Shown: positions 10,941 through 25,200 of the stretch, piece after piece
Position numbering within the stretch: position 1 is the first letter of the stretch
How the letters are laid out: every line of letters begins with the position of its first letter
Assembly: GCF_009914755.1 (NCBI RefSeq)
Contig: NC_060948.1
Length of the DNA stretch: 64,000 bases
Reading direction: 5' to 3' (one strand)
Origin: the human T2T-CHM13v2.0 reference genome, Homo sapiens
The notes under the pieces: generated by a model
Databases searched by the model: none
What the model saw: the letters and a program-made list of their open reading frames with translations, nothing else
What the model was told of the DNA's origin: nothing
Position numbers and translations under genes: made by a program

Positions 10941-11545
10941 GATATTGGGAAAAGGCTTCTGGAAGGGATCATTAAAATCCTATAAAGGGAAGGTAAATAC
11001 CCTGGACTTTACAATTTTGCCTGCTTTTGTTTATGATCTTTTTATGTTTACTACCTCACAAGCTGTTTTACTTTTTGGTCTTTTCACGAATATCATGAAT
11101 GAATCATTCCTGAGAGTAATTCTCTCTTTATCTCCTGACACTGTATTTGTCTCTAATACTCCTTTGTGGGAGGCCCTGGGTTTGCATGCCCACAGCTATA
11201 TCACTCCCTTCTCCCTGGCACTGTTCTGTAATAGAGAGAGGCCTGGCCCCAGGAAGGCATGGTTCCTAGGCTCCTATAAAAATTACTTCTTGTTTCAGTT
11301 CAGTCAAGGGGTGACACTGCAGAGATTAGAGAACAAGAAGATATGAGAAGTCAGTTTGTTTCCTTCTCTTTCTCAATAAGGGATATGTTTCTGCAGTGAT
11401 TCCATGCCTACAGGACATGCTCTCTCTGTTTTCATTTTCCATATAGTGACCCTAATCCCAGACTGGCTCTTCAAATGCCATTTTCTCCAGTTGTCATCTG
11501 TAAAGGATTTGGGTACTATTTTGGAGTTTTAAATTTAAAAAATAT

Positions 11546-12327
11546 TGATATGGAAGAGGGGCAGAGAAGTGCCTGGTAGAGAAGGCTGTGGTTCTTGGCT
11601 AGGGCTCCACCATCAGGCCTGTGCTCACTGACTTAGTTGAAGACACGCACCTCTGTTTTCTTGCCTAAATTGGTGAGGACATGTGTTTCTGGGTTTTTTT
11701 GCACAAGTGTTGCATTTTCCAAGACCACCCTCGCCTGCCATACTCCCATCCTGTTCTATAAGAAATCCTGAGACGCTAGCAGGGAGATACACAGCAGCTG
11801 GACTTTTAGAGGAATGATCACCAGAAGAAGACACAACATCTGGACCTGGAGAGGACACCAGAGAAAGGAGAGCACAAGGACTGAGGCTGCAGGCCATCCA
11901 CTGCAGAAGAACACGAAGTTTCATGGGGCTGTGGGAGGAGAGCACTGAGCTGCCCCATTCCGAGAGAAAACCACCTTCCCATTCCATCTCCATTCTGGCT
12001 CCCCATCGATTTTCTGAACACTTCCAATCAATGAAAACTTGCACTTATTCTCCAAACCCACATGGGAGCCAATTCTTCAGGTACACCAAGGCAGGTAATC
12101 CCAGGATCCAGAAAGCCCTCTGTCTTTGCAGTAAGGCTGGATGTCTAATTGAACTAACACTAGTAGTCTACAGATGGATGAACTAAATTAACACCGTGCA
12201 ACACATGCCCGCTAGGGATTCAGGAGCTGTATGCATTCACCCCTAGATGCTGCCTAGGGTCAGAGCCCCGCAACCTGTCCTCACTGATCGCCCAGCTGCA
12301 GGTAATAAGAGAGGTTTTCCCATTTTA
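11546..12327 (+). mobile_element. Solo LTR, MER50-like (ERV1, MER4 group)
   Basis: Starts TGATATGG...agaagtgcctggtagagaagg...ggctagggctccacc and contains gttgcattttccaagaccaccct...cccatcctgttctataag, ending near ttttcccattt. Recognised from memory of the consensus. Confidence 0.7.
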
Positions 12328-15300
12328 ATGAGTCTGCTTCCAATGCAGTGTGCTTTCTACAATACTGCAGTGTTACCTTATTGCATATATTTGACAAAGT
12401 AAGTTACAAACTATAACTAATCTGAGAAGAAAATAAATGGTGAAGAATAAGGAAGAAAAATGAAGCATTGTGTCTCACAATGAATACAAACAACTATAAG
12501 AATAATTAATCAATACATGAGTCTAGCCAAGCAGGTGATTAATGTCATGGGGAGGCACTCTCCATCATCTTGGGATTTCATTCTGGGACAGAGAGTGTGA
12601 ACAGCTATAAGGTCAGATAGAAAAGAGGATAGAACCTGGTGAGGTGTGGATTGTATCCCGCATGTTCACCTGCAAAAAAGATGAAGACAGATGACACAGA
12701 AGTTGCTTCCAACTGAATCCCCACATCCCCTTAATTGCACAAGCAGTGCACACCAAGGTCCAGTGTTCAAGTGTGAATTCTCCAACGTGCCGTGAACCTG
12801 TGGAGTGCAAACCTAGGGGTTTGCACTTTGAGGGCTTTCATACACTGGGCCAAATGGGAGTAGGATGGATTGATGCTGTGTGGGATGTGGCCTCCACAGT
12901 TGCCTCTTTTTTTTTTTTTTTTTTTTTGGCTTCCATCTTCCTCATCAAATTAGGGTTTGCTTGGTCTTACTCACCGTCTTGCCCTTCAGCAGCACTACTG
13001 GACATACTTTTCAGGATTGCCATCGCCAAGCCTTTTGGTGGTGTGTCTGTGTGGCTCTGCTTGGGATGTGGGGATCTGTGTTCTTTATTTTTCTGTGGAT
13101 CATGAAGTCACAGTGAATTGGGAGGCATGTGTACAAATCACCTCCCCCTGCAAAAAAATTCAGTCTTTTAGAAAGAAGAGGAGCACACCACACCAAAAAA
13201 CTGGCATCTTCTAGTGTTTCATTGTCCTGCAGCCAAACCAGGGAGAGCCCCTGCAGTCCTATCCCATGGGCCCCATGAATTTACCTTGAATTCAGTTCCC
13301 AGCTGAATAGGTGATTCATGTCTTAAAGGAAAACTCCTCCAGCGTCTTGGGATTTCATCCTGGGACATAGAGTATGAGCAGAAATGAGGTTAGAAAGGGG
13401 TAATGATACAATGTGGTGAGGGCTGGATGGGGTCCCCCAATTTCACCTGCAAAAAATGAAGACATTACACAGAAGTGTTTCCAATTCCATTTTCACATTC
13501 CACTAATTGCACAAGTAGTCCACATCATGGCACGGTGTTCAGGTCAGAGTACTCCAATGTGCAAGGAATATTTGGAGTGCAAATAGGGGCCATGCTGGCA
13601 AACTCCCGATTTGAGGACCTTCACGCCTGGAGCTAAATGGAAGATGAATGTATTGATGCTGGGTGGGATGTGGCCTCCATGCATGCCTCTTCTTTTCCTG
13701 AGTTCCATGTTACTCATCAGTTTAGGGTTTCCTGGGTCTGGCTTGGCCTCTTCCACACTAAACATTTCCCAGTTCACAGAGAATGACCCTCATGGGAATC
13801 CATTGCATGAGAATTTCCTTCTAAACACTGTCATGTTTTAATGACAGGGCAGCTTTGATACTTCTCCTACTTCTATTGGAGGGATGCATGATTCCTGTAG
13901 AGTGAGAAGCAGGCAGCCGTGTCTGGCTTTTGCCTGATAATATAGCCTCTGTTTCATTTTGTCTGCCTGGCCTTCTTATAGTGGAGGGGTTCTTTCATTG
14001 GGCTGTTGTTGGATGGAAGAGCCTCTTGCCACAGATTATGTAGCTATTGGGAATTTCAGAGAGCAAAAGGGACATCGGCTAGTCTGGCTGCTCTGCAGGT
14101 TGTGGGTCATTGTCTCATTGTGGGGACTGTGATTGTTTGCACTTTACAGGGGGCTTTTGGTTCCTCTGACAAGGATCATTGAACCTTGCTTCAACTCCAG
14201 CACAATGCAGTTGTTTCTTTCAGGAGAGCCTTGATTTTTGTTTGCTTTCATGGGGAATCCACAGTGCCCCTTCACAGCATTACTGGACACTATTTTCAGG
14301 CTGCCATCAGCACAGATGGCCTCTGAGACACTCTCTCAACCTCACCTGCAACCATGTGAGGCCAGTCTGAGGTGTGAGGACATGCACCACCTTGGATTTG
14401 CCTTTGTAGTTTCTACCTTTCCCTGAGAGCCTCTGCAAGGCCCAGGATGAAGGGAGAGGGTGAGGTCAAGAGCCCAGCCATCTTTCACTGACACGAACCT
14501 CTGGGGTCCCAGGTATGATTCTATCACTCAATGAACCCTCAACAACACACCAGACAATATCCCAAACCCATGGGACCCAATTCTTGCACACAGCCCCTTT
14601 CTGAAACGGAGCCAGAAGATCAGTTTCCAGCGACCACCTCACAGTCTTGAAACACCTCATCCTCCAGTGGGATCCTACCATGGAGATGACCCGAAGGGGC
14701 CTTGAGGTCAAGACTTTTATGGTCCCAAAGTGGGTTTTCACAGGCAGTGTTTTTACTGATACCAGGCTGGCTCTGCCTGTACCATTTTCCTCTGCTTAAG
14801 GCAATTGACAGCTCTTACAGCCTGGCACCTGAGCCTGCCTCACAATGCGCATGCCCTAGTCTAAAAGCCTCTGGCTAGCCTCACCATGAAAGTCACCATT
14901 GCCTAGCGACAAGTCCCTGTGCCTTGGCAGAGAAAGAGACTTCCGTGGAGATGTGTCTTTGGTGGACTGTGTCCTGTCTTCTCTGTGGAATCGACCAGAT
15001 AGTCCCATGTTCCAAGGAGAGGGCAGATGTGAGCCAACCTGAAGAAATGTCAAGCAGAGCCTCAGGAATAAACTGTGAATCCCTGAGGATACAAAATAAT
15101 CTGCAAGATTCCTCAGGCCTGCCTAGATGTTGTAGGGGTGAGTCTTTTTGAAACTGGCCCCACTGTGATTTCTAGGTATAGCCTGCCTTTTTTCCTTGGG
15201 GTTGCTCTCTCCCAGTTGGGGCTTCCCGCAAAACTGCACAACTTTGGGAGTTGCCGGGCTGTGTGTTTCTGAGGGAGTATTGTGAGGGTTGGATTTCTGT

Positions 15301-17362
15301 GTGTGTGCCTATAAGTGGAGTCTACTTCAAGGAATGTGGCTACCACACTTCAGCAATTCTTTTTTTTTTTTTTTTTTTTTTTTGTCTCCCCACTTTGGTG
15401 GATTGTCTTGGTGGCTCTTCTTGGGCTGTGGGGCTCTATGTTCCTTATTATTCTGTAGATCATGAATCCTCAGTGAATAGGGAGGCGGGTTGAGATGTGC
15501 AGGCATCTGAGTCATACCCACCCCTGCAAAATAAGCCACTCTTCTTGAGAGAAGAGGGTCACATGACACCAAAAAAACAGGCATTTCCTAGAGTTTCACT
15601 GTACTGTGGCCAAACTGGGGAGAGGCAATAGCAGTCTTGTCCAAAGGGCCCCTTGAATTTACCTCGAATTTGTCCTCTGCTGAGCACATGCTTCACATCA
15701 TGAGAGGGCAGTTCTCCATCATCTTGTGATTTCATCCTGGGACTTACAGTGTGAGTAGAAATCGGGTCAGATGGGGAAAGGATACAATCTGCTGAGGAAT
15801 GGATGGTGTCCTGTAACTTCACCTGCAAAAACCAAAACCTAAACAAAACAAAACAACAAAAAAAAACGAAGACAGATGACACAGAAGGTGCTTCCAAATA
15901 CATCCCCGCATTCCCTTATTTGCAAAAGCAGTCCACACCATTGCCGGGTGCTGAGGTAAGAGTACTCGAATGGCAAAAGCAGTCCACACCATTGCCAGGT
16001 GCTGAGGTAAGAGTACTCGAATGCAAGAAATATTTGGAGTGCCAGTTGGGGGCATCCTGGAAAACTCCTGATTTGAGGGCTTTCGTACCCAACGCTAAAT
16101 GGGGAGTGGAAATGATTGATACTGGGTAAGGTGTGGCCTCAACATTTGCCTCTTCTTTTTGAATTTTATGTTCCTCACTGACCTAGGGGTTCCTGGGTAT
16201 GGCTCAACAACTTCCACACTAAATATTTCTCTGTTCATGGAAAATGATCCTCATGGGAATCCATTGCATGAGTATTTCCCTCTAAACACTTTCAGGTTTG
16301 AATAACTGTGCAGCTTTAATACTTTTAAAACCATAAATTTCCATTACAGCCACCAAGAAGGAAAGTCTTATTGTCACACTTCTATTGAATGCCACATGAT
16401 TTCTGTAGGATGAGAAGTGGGCAACCGTGTCTGGATTTGCCTGGTAGTATAACCTCAGTTTCATTTCATCTGCATGGCATTCTCATTGTGGAGGGACTCT
16501 TCATTGGGATGATGCTGGATGGGACTGCCTTATGCCACAGATTATTTAGCTGCCAAGGATTTCACAAAGCAAAAAGGACTTTAGGAAAAATGGCTGTGCT
16601 ACTTGTTGTGGGTAATTTTCTCTTCATGGGGGCTGAGGTTGTTTGCCCTTTGCAGGAGAGTTTTGGGTCCTCTGACAGGAATTATTGAACATTGCTTAAA
16701 TTTCAGCCTGAGGAGCTCATTCTCTCATGCGAGCCATGATTTTTTTTGTTATTTTGTTTTCATGGTGGAATCCACAATGCCCCTCAAAAGTGCTACTTGA
16801 CATGATTTTCAAGCTTGTCGTCACCACAGATGGTCTCTGAGATAGTGACTCAACCTCATCTGCACCCGTGACAGGAAGGTCCAAAGTGCAAGAACACTCC
16901 TCCATCACATGCTTGCCTTTGTCTTGGTTCCAGCCTGTTCCAGCGAGCCCCTACAAGACCCAGGATGAGGTAGTGAGATCTAGAGTCCAGACATTTTCCA
17001 CTGAAACCAGTCTCTGGGGTTTCAGGTATAATTCTATCAGCCAAAGAACACTCAACAACAAGCTAGACTATATACCAATACCCATGAAATCAGATTCTTT
17101 CACCAAAAAACAGACATCTCCCAGTGTTTCATTTCCGTGTGGCCAACACAGGGAGACACACTAGCAGTCTTGTCCTCAGGTCCTCATGAATTTACTTCAA
17201 ATTCAATTCACAGCTGAGCAGATGCTTCACATCATGAGGGGTTACTCCTCTATTTTCTTGGGATTTCATCCTGAGACATAGAGTGTGAGCAGCAATGAGG
17301 TCAGATAAGGGTGAGGATACAATCTGGTAAGCAGTGGATAGTGTCCCACACTTTCACATGCA

Positions 17363-17394
<32 letters not shown>

Positions 17395-18789
17395 ATGAAA
17401 CAGAAGGTGTTTCAAACTCCATTGCCATATGTTCAGATGGGAGTACATCAACGTGGAAGGAACACTTGGAGTGCAAATTGGGGCAACCTTGGCAAACTCC
17501 TGATTTAAAGCTTTCATACCCAGAGTCAAATAGAAGTCGAATGGATTGATGCTGGATGTGATATTGCCTCCAGATATCCCTCTTCCTTTCCTGAATTTCA
17601 TGTTCCTCATCAGCCTAGGGTTTCCTGGGTCTCGCTCAATGACTTCCACACGAAAGGTTACCCGGTTCATAGAGAATGGCCATCATGGGAATCCACTGGG
17701 TGATTGTTCCCTTCTAAACACTGTAACATTTTAATGACTGGTCACCTTTAATACTTTTAAAACCATAAATTCCCATTAAACCCGCCAACAAGAAAACTCT
17801 TGTTCTCCCACTTCGATTAGAGGGCTGCATGACTACTGTAGGATGAGAAGCAGGCAACCATGTGTGGGTTTTTACCTGGTAATCTAGCCTCTGTTTCATT
17901 TCATCTGCATGGCCTTCTCATTGTGGAGGGGGGTTCTTGAACTGTTGCTGGATGGGACTGCCTCTTGCCGCAGATTATTTAGCTAGCAGGGATTTCAGAG
18001 AGCAAAAGGGACTTTGTGGAGGCTGGTTGTGCTCAAGTTTGTGGTTTATGGTCTTGTTTGGGGGACTGAGGTTGCTTGCAGTTTGCAGGAGCATTTTGGG
18101 TCCTCTGACAGGAATCATTGAACATTGCTTGGACTCCAGCACAAGACAACTCATTCTCTCAGGTGAGCTTTAATGTTTGTTTGCTTTCTTGGGGAATCCA
18201 CAGTGCCCCTTATCAGCACTACTGGACACCCTTTTTAGGCTTGCCATCACCACAGACGGCCCCTGAGACACTGATCTCAACCTCATCTTCACCTGTGAGA
18301 GGTCAGTCCAAGTTGTGAGAATTGTGCTCCACCTTGGACTTCCCTTTGCTGTGGCTCCTGCCTTTCCCACAGAGCCCCTCAGAGGCTCAGGATGAAGGGA
18401 GGCAGTGACGTCAAGGGCCCGGCCATCTTTCACTGACACCAGCCCATGGGGCTTCAGGTATGATTCTATCATCGAAAGAACCGTCAACAACACATCAGAC
18501 TTTATTCCAATCTCCACCTGACCCGATTCTTGCACACACCCTCTGTCAAAAAGGGAGACAGAAGAGTAGTTTCCACAGACCACCTCACAGTATTGATATG
18601 CTTCCTCCTTTGGCGGGACCTGACCACAGAGATGGCCTGAATGGGATGTGAGGTCAAGACTTTTACTGTCCCCCAGTGGTTTTGCGGGCATCCCTTTTCT
18701 GATACCAGGCTAGGTCTGCTTGTAGCATTTTCCTCGGCTAAGGAAGGCTGACAGCTCTGAGAGCCAGGTGCCCAAGGCCGCCTCATGAA

Positions 18790-18872
18790 TGCGCATGAGC
18801 TAGTCTCAGGGCATCATTCCTGATTGTGAGCTCTGGCTATCATCACAATTAATGTCACCGTTGCCTAGCAAC
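18790..18872. promoter_or_regulatory. NRF1-like site plus RFX X-box pair in a repeat unit
   Basis: TGCGCATGAGC (18790-18800) and GTTGCCTAGCAAC (18860-18872). The latter fits the X-box consensus GTTRCC-N-RGYAAC exactly. Confidence 0.5.
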
Positions 18873-21314
18873 AAGTTCCTGCGACTTGTCAATGAAGGAG
18901 ACCTCTGTGGAGGTGTGTCCATGGTGGACTCTCGCCTGTCTTTTCTGTGGATCCACGGGAGAGTTCCATAATCCTAGGAGAGGGCAGATGTGAACCAGCC
19001 TGAGGAAACATCAAGCACAGCCACAGGAATAAACCACAAAGTCCCTAAGGATCCAAAAGTATCCACACGATTATTCAGGCCTACCTACACATTGCAGGGG
19101 TCAGTGTTTTTGAAACGTTCCCCTCTGTGATTTCTAGGCACAGCACACCTCTGTTCCTAGGGTTGCTCTCTCCTAGGTGGAGCTTCCTGCAGAATGATGC
19201 AGCCTCTGGAGCTGCATCACTGTGTGTTTCTGTGGGAGTGTTGCGAGTGTTGGATGTCTGCATGTGTGTGTGTGGCACTGTGTGTTTGTGTTGTGTGTGT
19301 GTGTGTTTGTGCCTGTAAGTAGAGTCTGCTTAAAGAAATGTGGATAACCCAATTCAGTGCTACTTTATTTGAGTCTCAACACCTTTTGGTGGCCTGTTTG
19401 TGTGGGTCTGCTTGGGCTGTGTGTTCTTTATTTTTCTGTGGATCATGAATCCACAGTTGGGAGCTTGCCAAGTCCCGCTGGCATCCAAATAAACTCCCAC
19501 TGTAAAAACAAAGCCACTCTTCTGGAAAGAAGAGGAGCACACCACACCGAAAAACAGGCATCTTCCAGTGTTTCATTGTCCTGCAGCCAACCCAGGTAGA
19601 GACACTAGCAGTCCTGTCTGCAGAGCTGATTGTATTTACCTTGAATTCAGTTGACAGCTGAGGAGGTGCTTCACATCGTTGTGGGGAACTCCTTCATAGT
19701 TTTGTGATTTCATCCTGGAACACAGAGTGTGGGCAGCAGTAAGGTCAGACAGGGTGGAGGATCCAATCTGGTAAGGAGTAGATGGGTCCTGCAACTTCAC
19801 TTGCAATAAAAATGAAGACAGATGACACAGATTGCTTCCAACACAATCCCCTCATTCCCTTAATTGCACAAGCAGTCCACACCATGGCCTATTGTTCAAG
19901 TGGGAGTACTCCAACGTGCAAGGAACACCTGGAGTGCAAATTGGGGATATCCTGGCAAACTCCTGATTTGAGGGCTTTCATAATTGGAGCCAAATGTAAG
20001 TGGAATGGATTGACATTGCGTGGGATGTGGACCTTCACACTTGCCTCTTCTTTTTTTGACATTCATGTACCTCATCGGCCTAGAGTTTGCTGTGTCTGGG
20101 TCAAGGACTTCCACACTAAATGTTTCCCAGTTCATGAAGAGAGACCCTTATGGAATCCACTGCATGAGGGTTTCCTTCTAAACACTCACATTTTAATGAC
20201 TTGGCAGTTTTGACATTTAAAACCATGAATTCCTGTTACAGCCACCAACAAGGAAACCCTTGTTCTCCCACTTCTATCAGAGGGCTGCTTGATTCCTGTG
20301 GGATAAGAAGCAGGCAGTCATGTCTAGCTTTTGCCTGGCAGTCAAGCCTCTGTTTTATTTTATCTGCTTGGCCTCCTCATTGTGGATGGTCTCTTTCATT
20401 GGGCTTTTGTCGGATGTGACTTCCTCCTGCCACAGATTATTTAGCTGCCAGCTATTTAAGAGAGAAAGAGGGACTTCGTGTAGGCTGGCTGTGCTTTAGG
20501 TTGTGGGTTGTTTTCTGGTTGTGTGGGATGAGGTGGTTTTCACTTTGCTGGAGGGTGTTGGGTCCTCTGACAGGAAGCATTGAACATTGCTTGGACTCCA
20601 GCACAAGGCAGCTCGTTCTCTCAGGCGAGCATTGATTTTTTTGTTTGTTTCATTTCATGGGGAATCCACAGTGCCCCTCAACAGCACTACCGTCCAGGCT
20701 TGTTCAGGCTTGCCATCACCACAGACTGCCACTGAGACACTGTCTCAACCTCATCTGCACCCGTGAGCCTCCTGTCTGAGGTGTGAGAACACTGCTTTAC
20801 CTTGGACTTGCCTCTCTTCTGGTTCCTGCCTTTCTCAAAGAGCCTTTGTAAGGCATAGAATAAAGGGAGGAAGGAAGGTCAAAATCCCAGACATCTTTTG
20901 CAGACATCCAACTCTGGGGTATCAGATGTGATTCTGTCATCTGAGGAACCCTCAAAAACAAACCAGACAGTATTCCAATCCCAATGGGACCTGATTCCTG
21001 CAAACAGCCCTTTCAGAAATAGAGTCAGAAAAGCAGTTTCCATCGACTATCTCACAGTCTCAAAACGCCTTCTTCTCCAGTGGAACTTGACAATGGAGAT
21101 CCACCAAAAGCGCCCTGAGGTTGAGCATTTTGAGATCCCACAGTGGGTTTTCACAGGCAGCCTTTTTCCCGATACCAGGCCAGCTCTGGCTGTACCATTT
21201 TCCTCTGCTTAGGCAGGCTGACAGCTCTGACACACAGGTTCCCAAGCCTGCCTCACAAATGCACATGTGCTAGTCTCAGGGCACCAGGCCTAACTGTGAG
21301 CTATGGCTAGTGTC

Positions 21315-21996
21315 TCAATGAACTTTGCCATTGCCTACTCTCAAGTCCCTGCAGCTTGGCGGAGAAGGAGACCTCCACGGAGGAGCATTGGGGGTGGACT
21401 CTCCCCTATCTTCTCCGTAGGATCCCCTGGATATTCCTCTGATCCTAGGAGACTGTAGACATGAGCCAGCCTGAAGAAATGTCAAGCACAGCCCTAGGAA
21501 TAAACTGTGAAATCCATAACGATCCAAAGTGATCTGCAGGTTTCCTCAGGCCTGCCTAGATGTAGGAATGACTCTTGTTGAAATTTGGCCCTTTCTGATT
21601 TCTTGGTACATCCCACCTGTGTTCCCCAGGGTTGTTCTCTCCCAGGTGGGGCTTTCTGCAGAACCAAGCAGCCTCAGGAGCTGCTGAGCTGTGTGTTTCT
21701 GTGATAAAGTTGTGAGTGATAGATGTTTGCGTGTGTGTGTGTGTTATTTTGGGTTTGTGTGTCTATGTGTATGTCTGTGTGTGCCTGTAAGTAGAGTGTG
21801 CTTAAAGGAATGTGGCTAAAGAACTTCAGTCCTTCTTTTTTTTTTTTTTTTTGAGTCTCCCAACCTTTTGTTGACATGTCTGTGTGGCTCTGCTTGGGCT
21901 GCAGGGCTCAGTGTTCTTTATTTTTCTGTGGATCACTAATTCAAAAAGAACTGGGAGTTGGGCCAAGGCATGCCAACATCCAAATCACCTCCCCAT

Positions 21997-22036
<40 letters not shown>

Positions 22037-22232
22037 CCCTTTTAGAAAGAAGATGAGCACACCACACCCAAAAAACAGATGTCTCCCAGAGATTCATTGT
22101 CCTGTGGGAAACCCAGGGAGCACACTAGCAGTCTCATCTGCAGGCCTTTTGAATTTACCTCAAATTTGGTTCCCAGCCTAGCAGGTGCTTCATGTCATGA
22201 GGGGGCACTGCTCCATCATCTTGGGATTTCAT
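21315..22232 (-). other. Candidate two-exon TTTY13-like spliced segment (exons 22232-22159 and 21504-21315)
   Basis: Donor AG|GTAAAT and acceptor tttcacAG| join in frame to give MKSQDDGAVPPHDMKHLLGWEPNL-S-LFLGLCLTFLQAGSCLQSPRIRGISRGSYGEDR.... This resembles the putative TTTY13 peptide as I remember it. There is no evidence of expression from sequence alone. Confidence 0.45.
21999..22032 (+). repeat. Poly-A tract (A34)
   Basis: Expansion of the short A-run that follows cccctgc in every unit. Confidence 0.9.
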
Positions 22233-25200
22233 TGTAGGACATATAGTGTGAGAATCAATAAGGTCAGATGGAGTGAGGATACAATCTGGAGAGGGGCGGA
22301 TGGGGTCCTGCAACTTCACTTGCAAAAAAAAAAAAAAAAAGAAGAAGAGGACGGATGACACAGAAGATGCTTCCAACTCCATCCCCACATTCCTTAATTG
22401 CACACGCAGTCCACACCAAGGCCCGCTGTTCAAGTGGGAGTCCTCCAACATGCAAGGAAGATTGGGAGTGCAAATTGGGGCCATCCTGGCAAACTCCTGA
22501 TTTGAGGGCTTTCATTGCTGTAGCCAAATGAAAGTGGAATCGATTGATGCTGGGTGCAAGCCAGCCTAAAGAAACATCAAGCAGAGCCCCAGGAATAAAC
22601 TGTGAAATCCCTAAGGATCCAAAAGGATCTGAAAAAGGCCTCAGGCCTTCCTAGACATTGTAGCAGTTAGTCTTTTTGAAACTTGCCACACTGTGATTTC
22701 TAGTTTCAGCCAGCCTGTGTTCCTTAGGCATTGTCTCTTCCAGGTGGGGCTTCCTGCAGAACCATGCAGCCTCAGAAGCTGCTGGGCTGTGTGTTTCTGT
22801 GGGAGTGTTGTGAGTGTTGGGGTGTGTGTGTGTGTGTGTATCTGTGTGCCTGTAAGTGGAATCTCTTAAAGGAATGTGGCTATTGCCCTAAAGCACTTCT
22901 TATTTTTGAGACTCCTAACTTTTGGTGGCCTGTCTGTGTGGCCTTGCTTGGTCTATGGGATTACAACTTCTTCATTTTTTTGTGTGGATCATGAATCCAC
23001 AGTGAACTGGGAGATTGGCTGAGACATGCCAAAGTTAAATTATGTCCCACTGCAAAAAACAAAACAAAACAAAACCCTCTTCTAGGAAGAAGAATAGCAA
23101 ACCACACCCAAGAGCAGACATCTCCCAGTGTTTCATGTTCTGCAGCAAACCCAGGGAGAGACACTGGCAGTCCTGTTCTCAGGGCCCCTTGAATCTACCG
23201 CAAATTTGATTCCCAGCTGAACACGTGCTTTTCATCACAATGGGACAATCCTCCATTGTCTTGGGATTTTATTCTTGGACACAGAGTACGAGCAGTAATA
23301 AGGTCACATAGGTTTGAAGATACAGTCTGGTAAGGGGTGGTTGGAGTCATGCATATTCGCCTGCAAAAATGGTGAAGACAGATTACACTGTCACAATTTA
23401 ATGACTGGGCATCTGTAATACATTTAAAACCATAAATTCCTGTTACTGACACCAACAGGGAAACTCTTGTTCTCCCTCTTCTGTCGGATGGGTGCATGAT
23501 TCCCATAGGATGAGAAGCATGCAGTCATGTCTGGCTTTTGCCTGGTAATCTGTGGTCTGTTTCATTTCCACTGTAGGTCCTTTCTCATTGTGGAGAGGGT
23601 CATTCAGCCATTGCTGGATGCGACTGCCACTCACCACAGATCTTTTGGCTGCCAGCGATTTTAGGGAGCAAAATGGCCTTCAGGTAGGCTGGCTGCACTT
23701 CAGGTTGTGGGTCGTTGTCTCATTGTGGAGGCTGAGGTTGTTTGCACTTCTGAGGAAGCTTTTAGGTACTCTGACAGGAGTATCTGAATGTTGCTTGGAC
23801 TCCAGCAAAAGTCAGCTCATTCTCTCGGGTGAGCCTTGAGTTTTTTGTGCTTTCATGGGGTGTCGCCATTGCCCCACAACGGCACTATTGGACGCAGTTT
23901 TCAGGCTTGCAATAGCCACAGACAGCCTCTAAGACAATGTGTCAACCTCATCTGCATCCCTGAGAGGGAAGTTCAAGGTGTGAGAACTCTGATCCATCTT
24001 AGACTTGCATTTGTTGTGGTTTATGCCTTTCCCAGAGAGCCCCTGGGGGACCCAGAATGAAGAGAGGCAGTGAGGACAGGGGTTTGGCCATATTTCACTG
24101 ACAACCACCTCTGGGGTCTCACTTATGATTCCATGACACAAAGACCCCTCAACAACTCACCAGACTCTATTCCAATCCCTATGGGACCTGATTCTTACAA
24201 ATAGCCTCTTTCAAGAATGAAGTCAAAAGAGCAGTTTTGCATGACAGCCTAACAGTCTCAAAACACCTCTTCCTCCAGTGGGACCCGACCAAGGAGATGG
24301 ATGGAAGGGGTCCTAAGGTTGACTTATTTAGGGTCCCCCAGTTGGTTATCACAGGCAGCCTTTCTCCTGATATGAGGCCGGCTCTGCCTATACCATTTTC
24401 CTTTGCTTAGGCAGAATGGCTGCTCTGACAGCTGAGCCCCTGGGCCTGCCTTGCGAATGTGCATCTGCTAGCCTCAGGGCACCACCCCTGAGCTGTGATC
24501 TTTGGCTTGCATCACAATCAATAACTCTTTGCCTAGTGAAAAGTCCCTGAGGCTTGGCAGAGAAGGAGACCTCCGTGAAGATGCATCATGGTGGACTGTG
24601 GTCTCTTCTCTGTGGAATCCTCGGGAGAGTCCCATGATCCTAGGAGAGGGTGAGAGGGCAGATGTAAGCCAGCATTAAGAAGCCTCAAGCAGAGCCGCAG
24701 GAATAATCCGTGAATTCCCTAACAATCCTAAAGGATCTGCAGGATGCTTCAGGCCTGCCTAGATGTTGTAGGGGTGAGTATTTTGAAATTGGTCCCACTG
24801 TGATTTCTACATACAGCATGCCTGTGTTCCCCGGGATTGCTCTCTCCCACATGGGGCTTCCTGCAGAACCACACAGCTTCAGAAGCTGCCAGGAGTGTGT
24901 TTCTGTGGGAGTGTTGTGAGTGTTGGATGTCTGCATTTGTGTGTGTGTTTCCCTGTTTGTGTGCATGCCTGTAAGTGGAATCTGCTTAAAAAAATGTGGC
25001 TAACACACTGCAGCGCTTTCTTGTTTTTGAGTCTCCCAGCCTTTTGGTGGTCTGTCTTTGTGGCTTTTCTTGGGCTGCTGGGTTCCATGTTCTTTATTTT
25101 TCTGCAGATCATGAATCCGCTGTAAATTGAGAGGCTGGCTGAGACCTGCCAGGTCCAAATAACCTCCCCCTGAGGAAAAAAAAAAGCCACTCTTCTAGAA

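Noticed and set aside
10691-11346. ORFs 10691..10972, 10695..10922 and 10945..11346
   Set aside because: No recognisable domain, two begin at TTG, and they overlap old L2/LTR-like debris.
11625-12186. ORFs up to 139 aa in the GC-richer block
   Set aside because: They lie wholly within the MER50-like LTR.
21999-22032. Long poly-A tracts (also ~17362, ~22324, ~47265) as retrotransposon tails
   Set aside because: They sit at the same two positions after cctgc in every unit and vary only in length. No element body or TSD is present.
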